In this document: positions 28,270-38,022 of the stretch, in pieces
Position numbering within the stretch: the first letter of the stretch is position 1
How the letters are laid out: the number at the start of each line of letters is the position of its first letter
Assembly (NCBI GenBank): GCA_016464795.1
Contig: JAEKNN010000025.1
Coordinates: forward strand, 13,548 to 77,547
Reading direction: 5' to 3'
DNA length: 64,000 nt
DNA from: Candidatus Amunia macphersoniae
GTDB lineage: Bacteria; Chloroflexota; Dormibacteria; Aeolococcales; Aeolococcaceae
Made by a program: the position numbers and the translations under genes
The notes under the pieces: model-generated
What the model saw: the letters and a program-made list of their open reading frames with translations, nothing else
Database searches by the model: none
What the model was told of the DNA's origin: nothing

Positions 28270-28345
28270 TGGCGCCCCCGGTAGGAATCGAACCTACGAC
28301 CAACCGCTTAGAAGGCGGCTGCTCTATCCGCTGAGCTACGGGGGC
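28270..28345 (-). tRNA. tRNA-Arg (anticodon TCT), CCA encoded
   Basis: Manual cloverleaf: GCCCCCG-TA-GCTC-AGCGGAT-AGAGC-A-GCCGC-CTTCTAA-GCGGT-TGGTC-GTAGG-TTCGATT-CCTAC-CGGGGGC-G-CCA. Confidence 0.9.
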
Positions 28346-28363
28346 CGGAGCGAGTGTGGCCCA

Positions 28364-28369
28364 TATAAT
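28364..28369 (+). promoter_or_regulatory. Candidate -10 box (TATAAT) for tRNA-His
   Basis: A perfect TATAAT lies in an otherwise GC-rich spacer, 14 nt upstream of the tRNA-His 5' end. No clear -35 box. Confidence 0.35.
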
Positions 28370-28383
28370 CACCGAGCTTGCGA

Positions 28384-28458
28384 GGTGGCTATAGCTCAGT
28401 TGGTTAGAGTGCCAGGTTGTGGCCCTGGAGGTCGAGGGTTCAAATCCCTCTAGCCACC
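28384..28458 (+). tRNA. tRNA-His (anticodon GTG) with encoded G-1, no encoded CCA
   Basis: Manual cloverleaf: G-GTGGCTA-TA-GCTC-AGTTGGTTA-GAGT-G-CCAGG-TTGTGGC-CCTGG-AGGTC-GAGGG-TTCAAAT-CCCTC-TAGCCAC-C. Confidence 0.9.
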
Positions 28459-28469
28459 CGGCACGTTGT

Positions 28470-30269
28470 TCACCGGGACGTGCCGTCGCTTGCGCCTGGC
28501 CTGCCAGACAGCGCGTTAGCAACCGTGGCCGCGGCGGTGGCGCCCACCTCGACCGCGACGTGGCCGCCGTTGAGCAGGGCGTCGGCATGGGCCAGCCAGG
28601 CGGTGTCGGCGGCGATGCTGTCGACCATCGGCTCGCCGCCCAGGCGCGCGGCGAAGCGGGCGGCGATCCAGACCAGCCGACCGCTGTTGGTGGAGGCTGC
28701 GTGGCGGCTGGCCTGTTCGGCGAGCAGGGTGGCGGCCGCGAGTACCGCCATGCGCCGAGCGAGCCGGCGCATCGGCAGCTGCTGTCCCTGGGCGTCTGCG
28801 TCCGCGAGCTGGTCGAGCCTCCCCACGAGACCGTGGATCTCGGCCAGCAGTGGGGCGGCGAGTGGCGCCGCCGCGCCGCCGGTGGCTTCGGCGCGGCGCT
28901 CGAGGTCACCGAGGAAGTGCGGTCCGGCGCCGCGGCCGAGCGCCCGCAGCACGTCGAGGGCGATCACGTTCCCGGATCCCTCCCAGATGGCGTGCACGGA
29001 GACGTCACGGAGCATCCGGGCATCCGGCCAGTCCTCGATGAAGCCGTTGCCACCGCGAATCTCCATGGCGTCCCCGCCACAGATCCGGGCGCGCTCGGTG
29101 AAGTAGCCCTTGAACAGGGGGGTGACCAGGCGAAGCGCGCCCGCAGCCTCCAACTCGCCGGCGTCGCCACGCTCGAGCAGCTCGCCGGCCACGACCGCGG
29201 CGCTGAGCGCGGCGGTGGAGTCGACCACCAGCTCGGCCAGGCTGTCGCGCATCAGCGGGTGGGTCTGGAGCACGCTGCCGAAGGTGGCGCGCCGCGCCGT
29301 GTGGCTGAGCGCCTCCAGAGCGTTGCGCCGCATCGCGCCGGCGGTGGCGGTGATGATGCCGACGCGCGTCAGCGACACCATGTCCATCATCTGGCGCATG
29401 CCGCGGTCGAGCCGGCCCACCTGCCAGGCGAAGGCGCCATCCAAGCCGACCTCGCCCGACGCCATCGCGCGGGTGCCGAACTTGTTCTTGAGCCGGTGGA
29501 CGAGGATGGCGTTGCGCGAGCCGTCGTCGAGCAGGTGGGGCATGAGGAAGAGGCCGAGCCCGGCGGGGCCGGGGGGCGCTCCCTCTGGCCGGGCCATCAC
29601 CAGCACCAGGTCGGACTGCGGGCAGCTGGCGAACCACTTCTCACCGTGAAGGCGCCAGTCGCCGTCGGCCCCACGCACGGCGACTGTCTCATTGGCGCCG
29701 ACGTCCGAGCCGCCGGCCTTTTCGGTGAGGAACATCGCCGAGGTCAGGTGACGACCGGTGTCGTCGGCGATGCGCGGCACGAACCGCGCCGACAGCTCGG
29801 GATCGTTGCGTGCCAGGCAGCGCGCCATCGCATCCATCATTCCCACCGGGCAGCCGGTGATCGCCTGGTCGGCCTGAAGGAACATGTAGGAGAGCGCGCT
29901 GCTCAACGCCTTGGGCGCCACGTCGCGGAGCCCGCGCCAGCCAGGCACATGCGCTGAGTGGACGGTGCCGAAGCCGAGCACAGTGTCGATCAGCTCGTGG
30001 TACGCGGGATGGAACTCGATCTCGTCGATGCGCTCGCCGCGGGCGTCGTACTGGTGCAGCACCGGCGGGTGACGATCGGCGGCGACGGCGAGCGCCTCGA
30101 CGCGCTGTGGCACCAGCTCGCCGAGCTCGGCCAGCGCACTCTCGGCGACGGGCCACACAGCCTGGTCGACGCTCTCGCGGACCAGCCAGCGCAGGTGCTC
30201 GTCGGGGCCGTACCAATCCTGCCGGTCCGGCGCCGGGATGTGTCGAACCGACGGATCGCTCTGCAGCAT
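28470..30269 (-). CDS. Acyl-CoA dehydrogenase family protein (AidB-like, 599 aa)
   Basis: Length and blocks (FLTEKAGGSDVG, RLKNKFGTRAMASGEV, ERARICGGDAMEIRGGNGFIEDW) match the AidB-type ACAD architecture. Confidence 0.75.
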   Translation of the reverse strand: MLQSDPSVRHIPAPDRQDWYGPDEHLRWLVRESVDQAVWPVAESALAELGELVPQRVEALAVAADRHPPVLHQYDARGERIDEIEFHPAYHELIDTVLGFGTVHSAHVPGWRGLRDVAPKALSSALSYMFLQADQAITGCPVGMMDAMARCLARNDPELSARFVPRIADDTGRHLTSAMFLTEKAGGSDVGANETVAVRGADGDWRLHGEKWFASCPQSDLVLVMARPEGAPPGPAGLGLFLMPHLLDDGSRNAILVHRLKNKFGTRAMASGEVGLDGAFAWQVGRLDRGMRQMMDMVSLTRVGIITATAGAMRRNALEALSHTARRATFGSVLQTHPLMRDSLAELVVDSTAALSAAVVAGELLERGDAGELEAAGALRLVTPLFKGYFTERARICGGDAMEIRGGNGFIEDWPDARMLRDVSVHAIWEGSGNVIALDVLRALGRGAGPHFLGDLERRAEATGGAAAPLAAPLLAEIHGLVGRLDQLADADAQGQQLPMRRLARRMAVLAAATLLAEQASRHAASTNSGRLVWIAARFAARLGGEPMVDSIAADTAWLAHADALLNGGHVAVEVGATAAATVANALSGRPGASDGTSR

Positions 30270-30278
30270 CCTCGTACA

Positions 30279-31094
30279 TTACGCCGCGCCGCCGGCTCCA
30301 CCGTGCCACTGGCCCCGGGCGCTGAGCACCTCGCGGAGCAGGTGGGGGCGGTCGGTCATGATGGCATCGACCCCGACATCCAGCAGGGAGATCATCTCCG
30401 CGGCGGTGTCGATGGTCCACACGTGCACCTGCAGTCCGGCGCGATGGGCGGCGCCGACGAAGAGCCTGTCGACGACGCGCAGACCCCGGTGTCTGCGCGG
30501 CACCTGCACGCAATCAGCCCCCAGCCGGGGCATGCGCCCGGAGCGTGACGCCAGCCACGCGGTGGTGATCGCCCGCGGTCCCATCGATGTGCACACCGCG
30601 CCGCCACTGAGCAGGCGGACGCGCTGGATGCGCTGGTCCGAGAACGAGCCGACGCAGACCCTGTCCAAGGCCTCGAGCCGGCGCAGCAGATGGATCAGCG
30701 GCTGGACAACATCGTCCGACTTGGGGTCGATGTTCACGAACACCCCCGGCCAGCGGGTGAGCACCTGTTCCATGGTTGGCACCCCGATGCCACAGCCGCG
30801 AAGGGGAAAGCCCGCACGCGGATTGAAGTGGTACGCGGCATCGGCGGACGCGATCGTTCCGGCGCTCACGTCGGCGAGCCGTCCGCGCTTGTCGGTGACA
30901 CGGTCGAGCACGAGGTCGTGAAAGGCGAACACGACGCCATCGCTGCTGAGATGCGCGTCGGTCTCGATGTGCGCGTAGCCCAAGGCCACGGCGGCGTCGA
31001 ACGCCGGAAGGGTGTTCTCGGGGAGATCCTCGGCTCCGCCTCGATGGGCCACGGCGAACGGGGTCAGGTGATCGAGGAACACGCGCGCGGGCAT
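30279..31094 (-). CDS. Glycerophosphodiester phosphodiesterase family protein
   Basis: AHRGGAEDLPENTLPAFDAAVALGYAHIETDAHLSSDGVVFAFHD is the canonical GDPD N-terminal motif set. Confidence 0.85.
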   Translation of the reverse strand: MPARVFLDHLTPFAVAHRGGAEDLPENTLPAFDAAVALGYAHIETDAHLSSDGVVFAFHDLVLDRVTDKRGRLADVSAGTIASADAAYHFNPRAGFPLRGCGIGVPTMEQVLTRWPGVFVNIDPKSDDVVQPLIHLLRRLEALDRVCVGSFSDQRIQRVRLLSGGAVCTSMGPRAITTAWLASRSGRMPRLGADCVQVPRRHRGLRVVDRLFVGAAHRAGLQVHVWTIDTAAEMISLLDVGVDAIMTDRPHLLREVLSARGQWHGGAGGAA

Positions 31095-31127
31095 GCCCGC
31101 GAGGCTAGCGGGAGTCGGCCGCCGGTG

Positions 31128-32561
31128 TCAGCCCGCCGCGGTGAGTGTCGAGACCGATGAGAGCAGCCGGTGGCAGCTGGCGGCGGCGCGGCGGCCGTCG
31201 GCGATGGCGTTCACCACCAGCGCGGCGCCGATGACGGCGTCGCCGGCGGCGACCACCACGGGCGCGGCACGAAGCTCGGCATCGACGCTGATCCGTCCGT
31301 TTGCCTCGATGCCCACGCCGAGCTGCTCGAAGAGAGGGGAGGGGCGAACCCCAGCGAACCCGATGGCCAGGAAGACGAGGTCGGCATCGATCCTCCTCTC
31401 GGTTCCCGCCCGGCGCACCAGTCCACGGGTCGTGCCGGCCTCGCCACCGCGATCGACCTCGACCACGGTGATGCCGCGCACCCGCCCGGAGTCGTCACCG
31501 TCGAACTCCAGCACCTCGAGGCCGAAGGCGCGCACGCCGCCCTCCTCGTGGGCCGCGTGACTGCGCAGAACCAGCGGCCACTCGGGCCAGGGATTGTGGT
31601 CTGGGCGGCGCTGCGGAGGCTCGGGATAGATCACCAGCTGCTGGACGGACGCGGAGGCCTCGCGGTGGGAGTCCCCCAGGCAGTCCGAGGCGGTGTCGCC
31701 ACCGCCGATGATCACCACGTTGCGCCCGGTGGCGCTGACCACAGCCGCGGGATCACCCGCCACCCGGCGATTCTGTCCCGTGAGGTACGGCATCGCCAGG
31801 TGGACGCCGTCGAGGTGACGTCCGGGGATCTCAACGTCACGAGGCTGCTCGGCACCGACAGCGAGCACCACGGCGTCGTGCCGAGACAACAGCTCGCTGC
31901 CATCGATATCCACGCCGCAGTCGTAGCCGCACTCGAAGCACACGCCCTCCGCGCTGAGCAGGTCGAGGCGGCGGTCGAGCACCGACTTGTGCATCTTGAA
32001 GTCGGGGATGCCGTAGCGGAGCAATCCGCCGGGCCGGTCGGCGCGCTCGTACACGACCACGCGGTGTCCCGCCCGGTTCAGCTGCTGGGCCGCCGCCAGC
32101 CCTGCCGGGCCGGAACCGACCACCGCAACGCTGCGGCCGGTGCGGAATGCCGGGGGTTGGGGACGCACCCAGCCATGTGCGAACGCCGTGTCGATGGCGG
32201 TGCGCTCGATCTCCTTGATGCTCACCGGCTCACCGTCGATGGCCAGGACGCACGCCGGCTCGCACGGCGCCGGGCAGAGCCGGCCGGTGAACTCGGGGAA
32301 ATTGTTGGTGGTCTCGAGGTTCTCGAGGGCACCCAGCCAGTCGCCACGCCGGGCCAGCTCGTTCCACTCGGGGATGAGGTTGTTGAGCGGACAGGCGTTG
32401 TGACAGAAGGGCACGCCGCAGTCCATGCAGCGCGCCGCCTGGGTCTCGACAGCGGCCAGCGGCAACGGGTGGATGAGCTCGCCATGGTCGCGGACACGCT
32501 CGCCGACCGCGCGATACGGCGAGGTGCGCCGAGGGATCTCGAGGAAGTCGCGCCGGCCCAT
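31128..32561 (-). CDS. gltD: Glutamate synthase (NADPH) small subunit
   Basis: CMDCGVPFCHNACPLNNLIPEWN, VAVVGSGPAGLAAA and GDTASDC. It lies directly downstream of gltB with a 1-nt overlap. Confidence 0.9.
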   Translation of the reverse strand: MGRRDFLEIPRRTSPYRAVGERVRDHGELIHPLPLAAVETQAARCMDCGVPFCHNACPLNNLIPEWNELARRGDWLGALENLETTNNFPEFTGRLCPAPCEPACVLAIDGEPVSIKEIERTAIDTAFAHGWVRPQPPAFRTGRSVAVVGSGPAGLAAAQQLNRAGHRVVVYERADRPGGLLRYGIPDFKMHKSVLDRRLDLLSAEGVCFECGYDCGVDIDGSELLSRHDAVVLAVGAEQPRDVEIPGRHLDGVHLAMPYLTGQNRRVAGDPAAVVSATGRNVVIIGGGDTASDCLGDSHREASASVQQLVIYPEPPQRRPDHNPWPEWPLVLRSHAAHEEGGVRAFGLEVLEFDGDDSGRVRGITVVEVDRGGEAGTTRGLVRRAGTERRIDADLVFLAIGFAGVRPSPLFEQLGVGIEANGRISVDAELRAAPVVVAAGDAVIGAALVVNAIADGRRAAASCHRLLSSVSTLTAAG

Positions 32562-35500
32562 CAGACGGCCAGCTGGAGAGCTGTGCGACGCGCCGCCAGG
32601 ACACGCTCGTAGTCGACCGGCAGCACCTTGACGAATCGCGCCCGCGAGCTCCCCCAGCGCTCGAGGAGCTGCTCGGCGACCGGGCTGGCTGTGTAGCTGA
32701 GGTGGTGCTCGAGGAGGGTTCGGAGTGTTCTCGCGTCCTCCTCGTCGTCGAGCTCGGCGAGGCGGACCATGCCCGTGTTGCAGCGCTGCGCGAAGCGGCC
32801 GTCGACGTCGAGAACGTAGGCCAGCCCACCACTCATCCCGGCTGCCACGTTGCGGCCGGTGAGCCCGAGGATCGCCACCACGCCACCTGTCATGTACTCG
32901 AGCGCATGGTCGCCGGTTCCCTCGACAACCGCTTGAGCGCCGCTGTTGCGCACCGCAAAGCGCTCGCCGGCAACCCCGCGCACGAACATCTCGCCGGAGG
33001 TGGCGCCATACAGGAGCACATTGCCGGCGATGACGTTGTCGTCGGCGGGCCGAGTGGCGTGCTCCGGCGGAACCACGACGATGCGGCCACCGCTGAGGCC
33101 CTTGCCGCAGCCATCGTTGACCTCCCCATGCACGGTGAGCGTCACCCCGCCGGCGAGGAAGGCGCCGAAGGACTGGCCGGCGCTGCCGTGGAGATCGACC
33201 CGGACTGTGTCGTGCGGGAGACCCGCGGCGCCATGCCGAGACGCGATCTCTCCGCTGAGCCGCGCCCCGACGCTGCGGTCGCGATTGGTCACGCGCATGC
33301 GCAACTGCAGAGGGGTGCCACGCTCCAGAGCCTCGCCGGCGCAGGCGAGCACGCGCTCGTCAACGTCGCCCGCGCCCCGGTGTGGTGCGCGCGGCACGAA
33401 GTGGCGCGGCTCGCCAGGGCTCACCAGCAGCCGGCTCAGGTCGACGTCACCGGAGCTGCTCACCTGCGTCAGCAGGTCGACGCGACCGACCAGATCGGTG
33501 AAGCGTCGCACCCCGAGCCGCGACATCCAGTGGCGCACGTCCTCGGCGAGGAAGCGCATGAAGGTGACGATGTGCTCGACGCGCCCCGTGTAGCGCTGGC
33601 GCAGCGTCGGGTCCTGGGTGGCGATGCCGACCGGGCAGGTGTTGAGGTGGCAGACACGCATCATCACGCAGCCGGCGGCGACCAGCGGGGCGGTGGCGAA
33701 GGCAAACTCCTCAGCCCCGAGCAGGGCGGCCACGACCACGTCACGCCCGGTGCGCATCAGGCCGTCGCTCTGGAGCACCACCCGGTCGCGCAGTCCGTTG
33801 GCCACCAGGGTCTGTTGCGCCTCGGCCAGGCCCAGCTCCCAGGGCGCGCCCGCATGGGTCAGCGACGACAGCGGTGCCGCGCCGGTGCCACCCTCGTAGC
33901 CGGATATCACTATGTGATCGGCGCGGGCCTTGGCGACCGCCGCCGCGATCGGGCCGACCCCCATCTCCGCGACCAGCTTGACGCTGATGCGAGCTGCCGG
34001 GTTGACCGAGCGCAGGTCGTAGATGAGCTGGGCCAGGTCCTCGACCGAGTACACGTCGTGGTGCGGCGGAGGAGAGATCAGCCCCACGCCCGGGGTGGCG
34101 TTGCGCAGTGTGGCGATGGTGACGTCGACCTTGTCCCCGGGCAGCTGGCCACCCTCGCCCGGCTTGGCACCCTGGGCCACCTTGATCTGGATCTCGTCGG
34201 CGTTGACCAGGTAGTTGGCGGTGACCCCAAACCGGGCGGACGCGACCTGCTTGATGGCGCTGCGCGCCGAGTCGCCGGCCGCATCCGGGAAGAACCGGGC
34301 AGCGTCCTCACCACCCTCGCCGGTGTTGGAGCGACCGCCGATGCGATTCATCGCCACCGCCAGGGTCTGGTGCATCTCCGGCGAGATCGACCCCAAGGAC
34401 ATGGCACCGGTGGCGAAACGGTGCACCAGCGAGTCGGCCGATTCGACCTCATCGAGGGGGACGGGGGTGTCGGCCTCACGCAGGGCCAGCAGCCCACGCA
34501 ACGTGCGCCGCTCAGCTGACTCCTGGTCGGCGAGGCCGATGTAGTGCGCGAAATGCTCAGCCGATCCGGACCTGACGGCGTGCTGGAGGGCACCGATCAC
34601 CTCGGGGTTCCATGCTCGCTTCTCACCACCGCGGCGCCACTGGTAGCGACCGCCGCTCTCCAGCGCCGCCGGCGGCCCCCCGTGCTCGGGAAAGGCGCAC
34701 GCGTGGCGCCGCAGCGCGTCGGCGGCGATGCGGGGCAGCCCGGCGCCCCCAACCCGTGACGGCGTTCCCGTGAAATGCGACTCGATCACCGAGTCGGCGA
34801 GCCCGATGGCCTCGAAGAGTTGAGCGCCGCAGTAGGAGAGCACTGTCGAGATGCCCATCTTGGCGATGGTCTTGAGCAACCCCTTGCGCAGAGCGGCGAC
34901 CATATTGCGCTGGGCGGTGGCCACGTCGATGTTGCCGACCACGCCGGTGAGTGCGAGCTCCGCAGCGGTGTCGAGGAGGAGGTAGGGGTTGACGGCCTCA
35001 GCACCGAACCCCACCAGCACGGCCAGGTGGGCGACCTCGCGCGGTTCGCCGCTCTCCACGACCAGTCCCACGCCGGTGCGGGTCTGCTCGCGGAGAAGGT
35101 GATGGTGCACAGCCGCGACGGCGAGCAGCGACGGGATCGGCGCATGCATGGCGTCAGCCCCGCGGTCGCTGAGGATGACGATGGTGCGGCCGGCGGAGAT
35201 CGCCTCCGAGGCCAGCCGGCAGATGCGCTCGAGCCCGTGCTCGAGCCCGGCGACGCCCTGGGCGCGATGGAACACCGCGCTGATGGTCTCGGCGGGAAAC
35301 TGCCGTTGGGTGACGTGGCGGATGGTGGCCAGGTCGGCATTGGTGAGGATCGGGTGGGGCATCTCCAGGCGCATCGCCTGGGCGGGCCCCTGCTCCAGGA
35401 GGTTGCCACCGGCACCGAGGCTGGTCACCAGGGACATCACCGACACCTCACGGATGGGGTCGATCGGCGGGTTGGTGACCTGTGCGAACAGCTGCTTGAA

Positions 35501-37084
35501 GTAGGCGAACAGCGGCTGCGGCCTGTCGCTGAGCACAGCCAGGGTGGCGTCGTTGCCCATCGAGCCCACCGGCTCCTCGCCGGCCCGCGCCATCGGGGCG
35601 ACGACCAGGCGCAGATCCTCCTCCGTCCAGCCGAAGAGCAGCTGGCGGATGCGCAGGGTGCCGGCGTCGGGTTCGATCGACTCACCGGCCGCGGGCAGCT
35701 CGTCGAGGTGCACTGTGCCCTCGCGGATCCAGGTGGCGTAGGGATGCCGGCTGGCCAGCTGGCGTTTGCACGCGCCGTCGTCGAGGATGGCGCCAGCCGC
35801 GGTGTCGACGAGCAGCAGCCGGCCGGGGTCGAGCCGCCACTTCTTGATGATCCGCTCATCCGGGATGTCCAGGACACCCGCCTCCGAGGCCATCACCACC
35901 AGCCCGTCGTCGGTGACCAGGTAGCGGGCCGGACGCAAGCCGTTGCGGTCAAGACTGGCACCAACCAGGCGGCCATCGGTGAAGGCGATGGCCGCGGGCC
36001 CGTCCCAGGGCTCGAGCAGCGACGCGTGGAACTCGTAGAAGGCTCGCCGCTCCTCGTCGAGCAGCTCGTTGCCGTGCCATGCCTCAGGGATCATCATCAT
36101 CATGGCGTGCTCGATCGAGCGGCCCGACATGGTGAGCAGCTCGAGGGCGTTGTCGAACTGTGTCGAGTCCGAGCCGCCGGCGTCGAGGATGTCGCGGACC
36201 TTGTCGATGTCACCTCCGAACAGGGCACTGCGGAACTTGGACTGGCGCGCCCTCATCCAGGCCGCGTTGCCGCGGAGGGTGTTGATCTCGCCGTTGTGCG
36301 CTGACATTCGCGCCGGCTGGGCAAGGTCCCACCGCGGCAGCACATTGGTGGAGAACCGGGCGTGCACGAGGGCCAGCGTCGTCTCCATCAGGGGGCTGGC
36401 GAGGTCGGCGTAGAACGCCCGGAGCTGCTCGGCGGTGAGCATCCCCTTGTAGACCAGGGTACGGCTGCTGAGGCTGGCGATGTGGAGGCTGCGGCGGTCC
36501 ATGCCGGCGGCGCACGCACTGGTCTCGATGACCCGGCGGAGCACGTAGAGACGGCGCTCGAGGGCGTCGCCGTCGAGGCCCACGGCGGCCACGAAGAACT
36601 GGCGGATCGTCGGCATCGCCGCAGAGGCGGTGCGACCAGGCACGCTGGCGTCGACTGGGACGTCGCGCCAGCCGAGCAGGCGAAGGCCCTCATCGGCACA
36701 GCACTCCTCGACGACGGTCACGGCCGCATGGCGGGCCGGGGCATCACGGGGGAGGAAGACCATGCCCACGCCGTAGGTGCCCGGTTGCGGGAGCGCGACA
36801 TCGACGTCGTCGCGGAGGAAGGCGTCAGGGACCTGGACCAGGATGCCGGCACCGTCGCCGGTGTCGGGGTCGGATCCGGTGGCGCCACGATGGCCGAGGT
36901 TGACCAGGGCGCGCATGGCGAGGTCGACGATGTGGTGGTCGGAGCGACCCGACGTGGTGGCCACGAACGCGACCCCGCATCCCTCGCGCTCGAAGCTCGG
37001 ATCGCGAAGGTCGGGGTGGCGGAGCTGCTGATCAGTCATGTGGTCAGGGCTGTCGCAGGCTGACAGAACTCTGGTGGCGTTCAA
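32561..37084 (-). CDS. gltB: Glutamate synthase large subunit
   Basis: ~1500 aa. Has an Ntn amidotransferase start (CGVAFVA), an FMN domain and the GXGXG C-terminal domain. The alternative ATG start at 37039 is equally plausible. Confidence 0.92.
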   Translation of the reverse strand: MNATRVLSACDSPDHMTDQQLRHPDLRDPSFEREGCGVAFVATTSGRSDHHIVDLAMRALVNLGHRGATGSDPDTGDGAGILVQVPDAFLRDDVDVALPQPGTYGVGMVFLPRDAPARHAAVTVVEECCADEGLRLLGWRDVPVDASVPGRTASAAMPTIRQFFVAAVGLDGDALERRLYVLRRVIETSACAAGMDRRSLHIASLSSRTLVYKGMLTAEQLRAFYADLASPLMETTLALVHARFSTNVLPRWDLAQPARMSAHNGEINTLRGNAAWMRARQSKFRSALFGGDIDKVRDILDAGGSDSTQFDNALELLTMSGRSIEHAMMMMIPEAWHGNELLDEERRAFYEFHASLLEPWDGPAAIAFTDGRLVGASLDRNGLRPARYLVTDDGLVVMASEAGVLDIPDERIIKKWRLDPGRLLLVDTAAGAILDDGACKRQLASRHPYATWIREGTVHLDELPAAGESIEPDAGTLRIRQLLFGWTEEDLRLVVAPMARAGEEPVGSMGNDATLAVLSDRPQPLFAYFKQLFAQVTNPPIDPIREVSVMSLVTSLGAGGNLLEQGPAQAMRLEMPHPILTNADLATIRHVTQRQFPAETISAVFHRAQGVAGLEHGLERICRLASEAISAGRTIVILSDRGADAMHAPIPSLLAVAAVHHHLLREQTRTGVGLVVESGEPREVAHLAVLVGFGAEAVNPYLLLDTAAELALTGVVGNIDVATAQRNMVAALRKGLLKTIAKMGISTVLSYCGAQLFEAIGLADSVIESHFTGTPSRVGGAGLPRIAADALRRHACAFPEHGGPPAALESGGRYQWRRGGEKRAWNPEVIGALQHAVRSGSAEHFAHYIGLADQESAERRTLRGLLALREADTPVPLDEVESADSLVHRFATGAMSLGSISPEMHQTLAVAMNRIGGRSNTGEGGEDAARFFPDAAGDSARSAIKQVASARFGVTANYLVNADEIQIKVAQGAKPGEGGQLPGDKVDVTIATLRNATPGVGLISPPPHHDVYSVEDLAQLIYDLRSVNPAARISVKLVAEMGVGPIAAAVAKARADHIVISGYEGGTGAAPLSSLTHAGAPWELGLAEAQQTLVANGLRDRVVLQSDGLMRTGRDVVVAALLGAEEFAFATAPLVAAGCVMMRVCHLNTCPVGIATQDPTLRQRYTGRVEHIVTFMRFLAEDVRHWMSRLGVRRFTDLVGRVDLLTQVSSSGDVDLSRLLVSPGEPRHFVPRAPHRGAGDVDERVLACAGEALERGTPLQLRMRVTNRDRSVGARLSGEIASRHGAAGLPHDTVRVDLHGSAGQSFGAFLAGGVTLTVHGEVNDGCGKGLSGGRIVVVPPEHATRPADDNVIAGNVLLYGATSGEMFVRGVAGERFAVRNSGAQAVVEGTGDHALEYMTGGVVAILGLTGRNVAAGMSGGLAYVLDVDGRFAQRCNTGMVRLAELDDEEDARTLRTLLEHHLSYTASPVAEQLLERWGSSRARFVKVLPVDYERVLAARRTALQLAV

Positions 37085-37229
37085 GCCCCTATCTTGACGG
37101 CCTGCGGGAAAAGTCGCACCGCAGCTGCATTCGTGATCGCTGCCCGATTCGCTACGATCAAGACCAATTGGCGACAGTTGTGCATCGATGCGCCCCGCCG
37201 CGGGCGCGCTGTGGGAGAGACCTCACCGA

Positions 37230-38021
37230 ATGACCCAAGTCAGCGCCACGCCCACCGCGCATGGAGACAAGGCGGGGTCAGGCCTACTCTCGCGGCTGCG
37301 CCGCGACCAGCCATGGTGGCTGCTGCCTCTCACCGTGGTCGGAGTGCTCGCCGGCTTCGGCATCTATGCGCTGGTCTCCGTGTTCGTGTTCCGTCCCGGC
37401 GAGATCGGTCCCTATCTCTCTCCCTTCTGGTCGCCGAAGATCGGCAACAACGGCACGCTGCTGGGACCGTTCCCCGGCGCAGCCTTCATCCTGCTCAGCC
37501 CCCTGGCCTTCCGAGGCACCTGCTACTACTACCGCAAGGCCTACTACCGCTCGTTCTTCTGGGATCCGCCGGCCTGCACGCTCGGTGAGCTCCGCCATCG
37601 CAAGTACCGCGGTGAGTCGGCTCTCCCCATGGCGCTCAACAACCTTCACCGGTTCACCCTGTATGTGGCGCTGGTGATCCTCGGCTTCCTCTGGTACGAC
37701 GCCGTGATCGCCGTCAACAACCCCCTGGATGGGCGCTGGGGATTTGGTCTCGGGACGGCGATCCTGCTGGTGAACGTAGTGCTGCTGACCGGCTACACGT
37801 TCAGCTGTCACTCGCTCCGCCATCTCGCGGGCGGAGGGCTGGACTGTTACTCCACCGCTCGCCTCGGCGCGGCGCGCAACCGGGCCTGGCGCTGGCTCAC
37901 AGCCCTCAACGTTCGCCATTCGGTCTGGGCATGGGTGAGCCTCTTCTCAGTGCTCCTTGCCGACGTCTACATCCGGATGCTCCAGGCGGGGTGGTTCCTC
38001 GACCCCCACGTCGGGTTCTGA
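37230..38021 (+). CDS. sdhC: Succinate dehydrogenase/fumarate reductase membrane anchor (cytochrome b-type, 5 TM)
   Basis: Hydrophobic protein with YYYRKAYYRSFFW and FSCHSLRH, immediately upstream of sdhA. The ATG at 37230 is preceded by GGGAGAGA. Confidence 0.7.
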   Translation: MTQVSATPTAHGDKAGSGLLSRLRRDQPWWLLPLTVVGVLAGFGIYALVSVFVFRPGEIGPYLSPFWSPKIGNNGTLLGPFPGAAFILLSPLAFRGTCYYYRKAYYRSFFWDPPACTLGELRHRKYRGESALPMALNNLHRFTLYVALVILGFLWYDAVIAVNNPLDGRWGFGLGTAILLVNVVLLTGYTFSCHSLRHLAGGGLDCYSTARLGAARNRAWRWLTALNVRHSVWAWVSLFSVLLADVYIRMLQAGWFLDPHVGF

Positions 38022-38022
38022 G

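Larger units (their letters stand above)
22644..28345. mobile_element. Degenerate tRNA-Arg-associated genomic island (~5.6 kb, no integrase retained)
   Basis: Bounded by intact tRNA-Arg and a direct repeat of its 3' half. The cargo is surface or secreted proteins plus one gene fragment. No recombinase ORF was seen in any frame. Confidence 0.6.
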
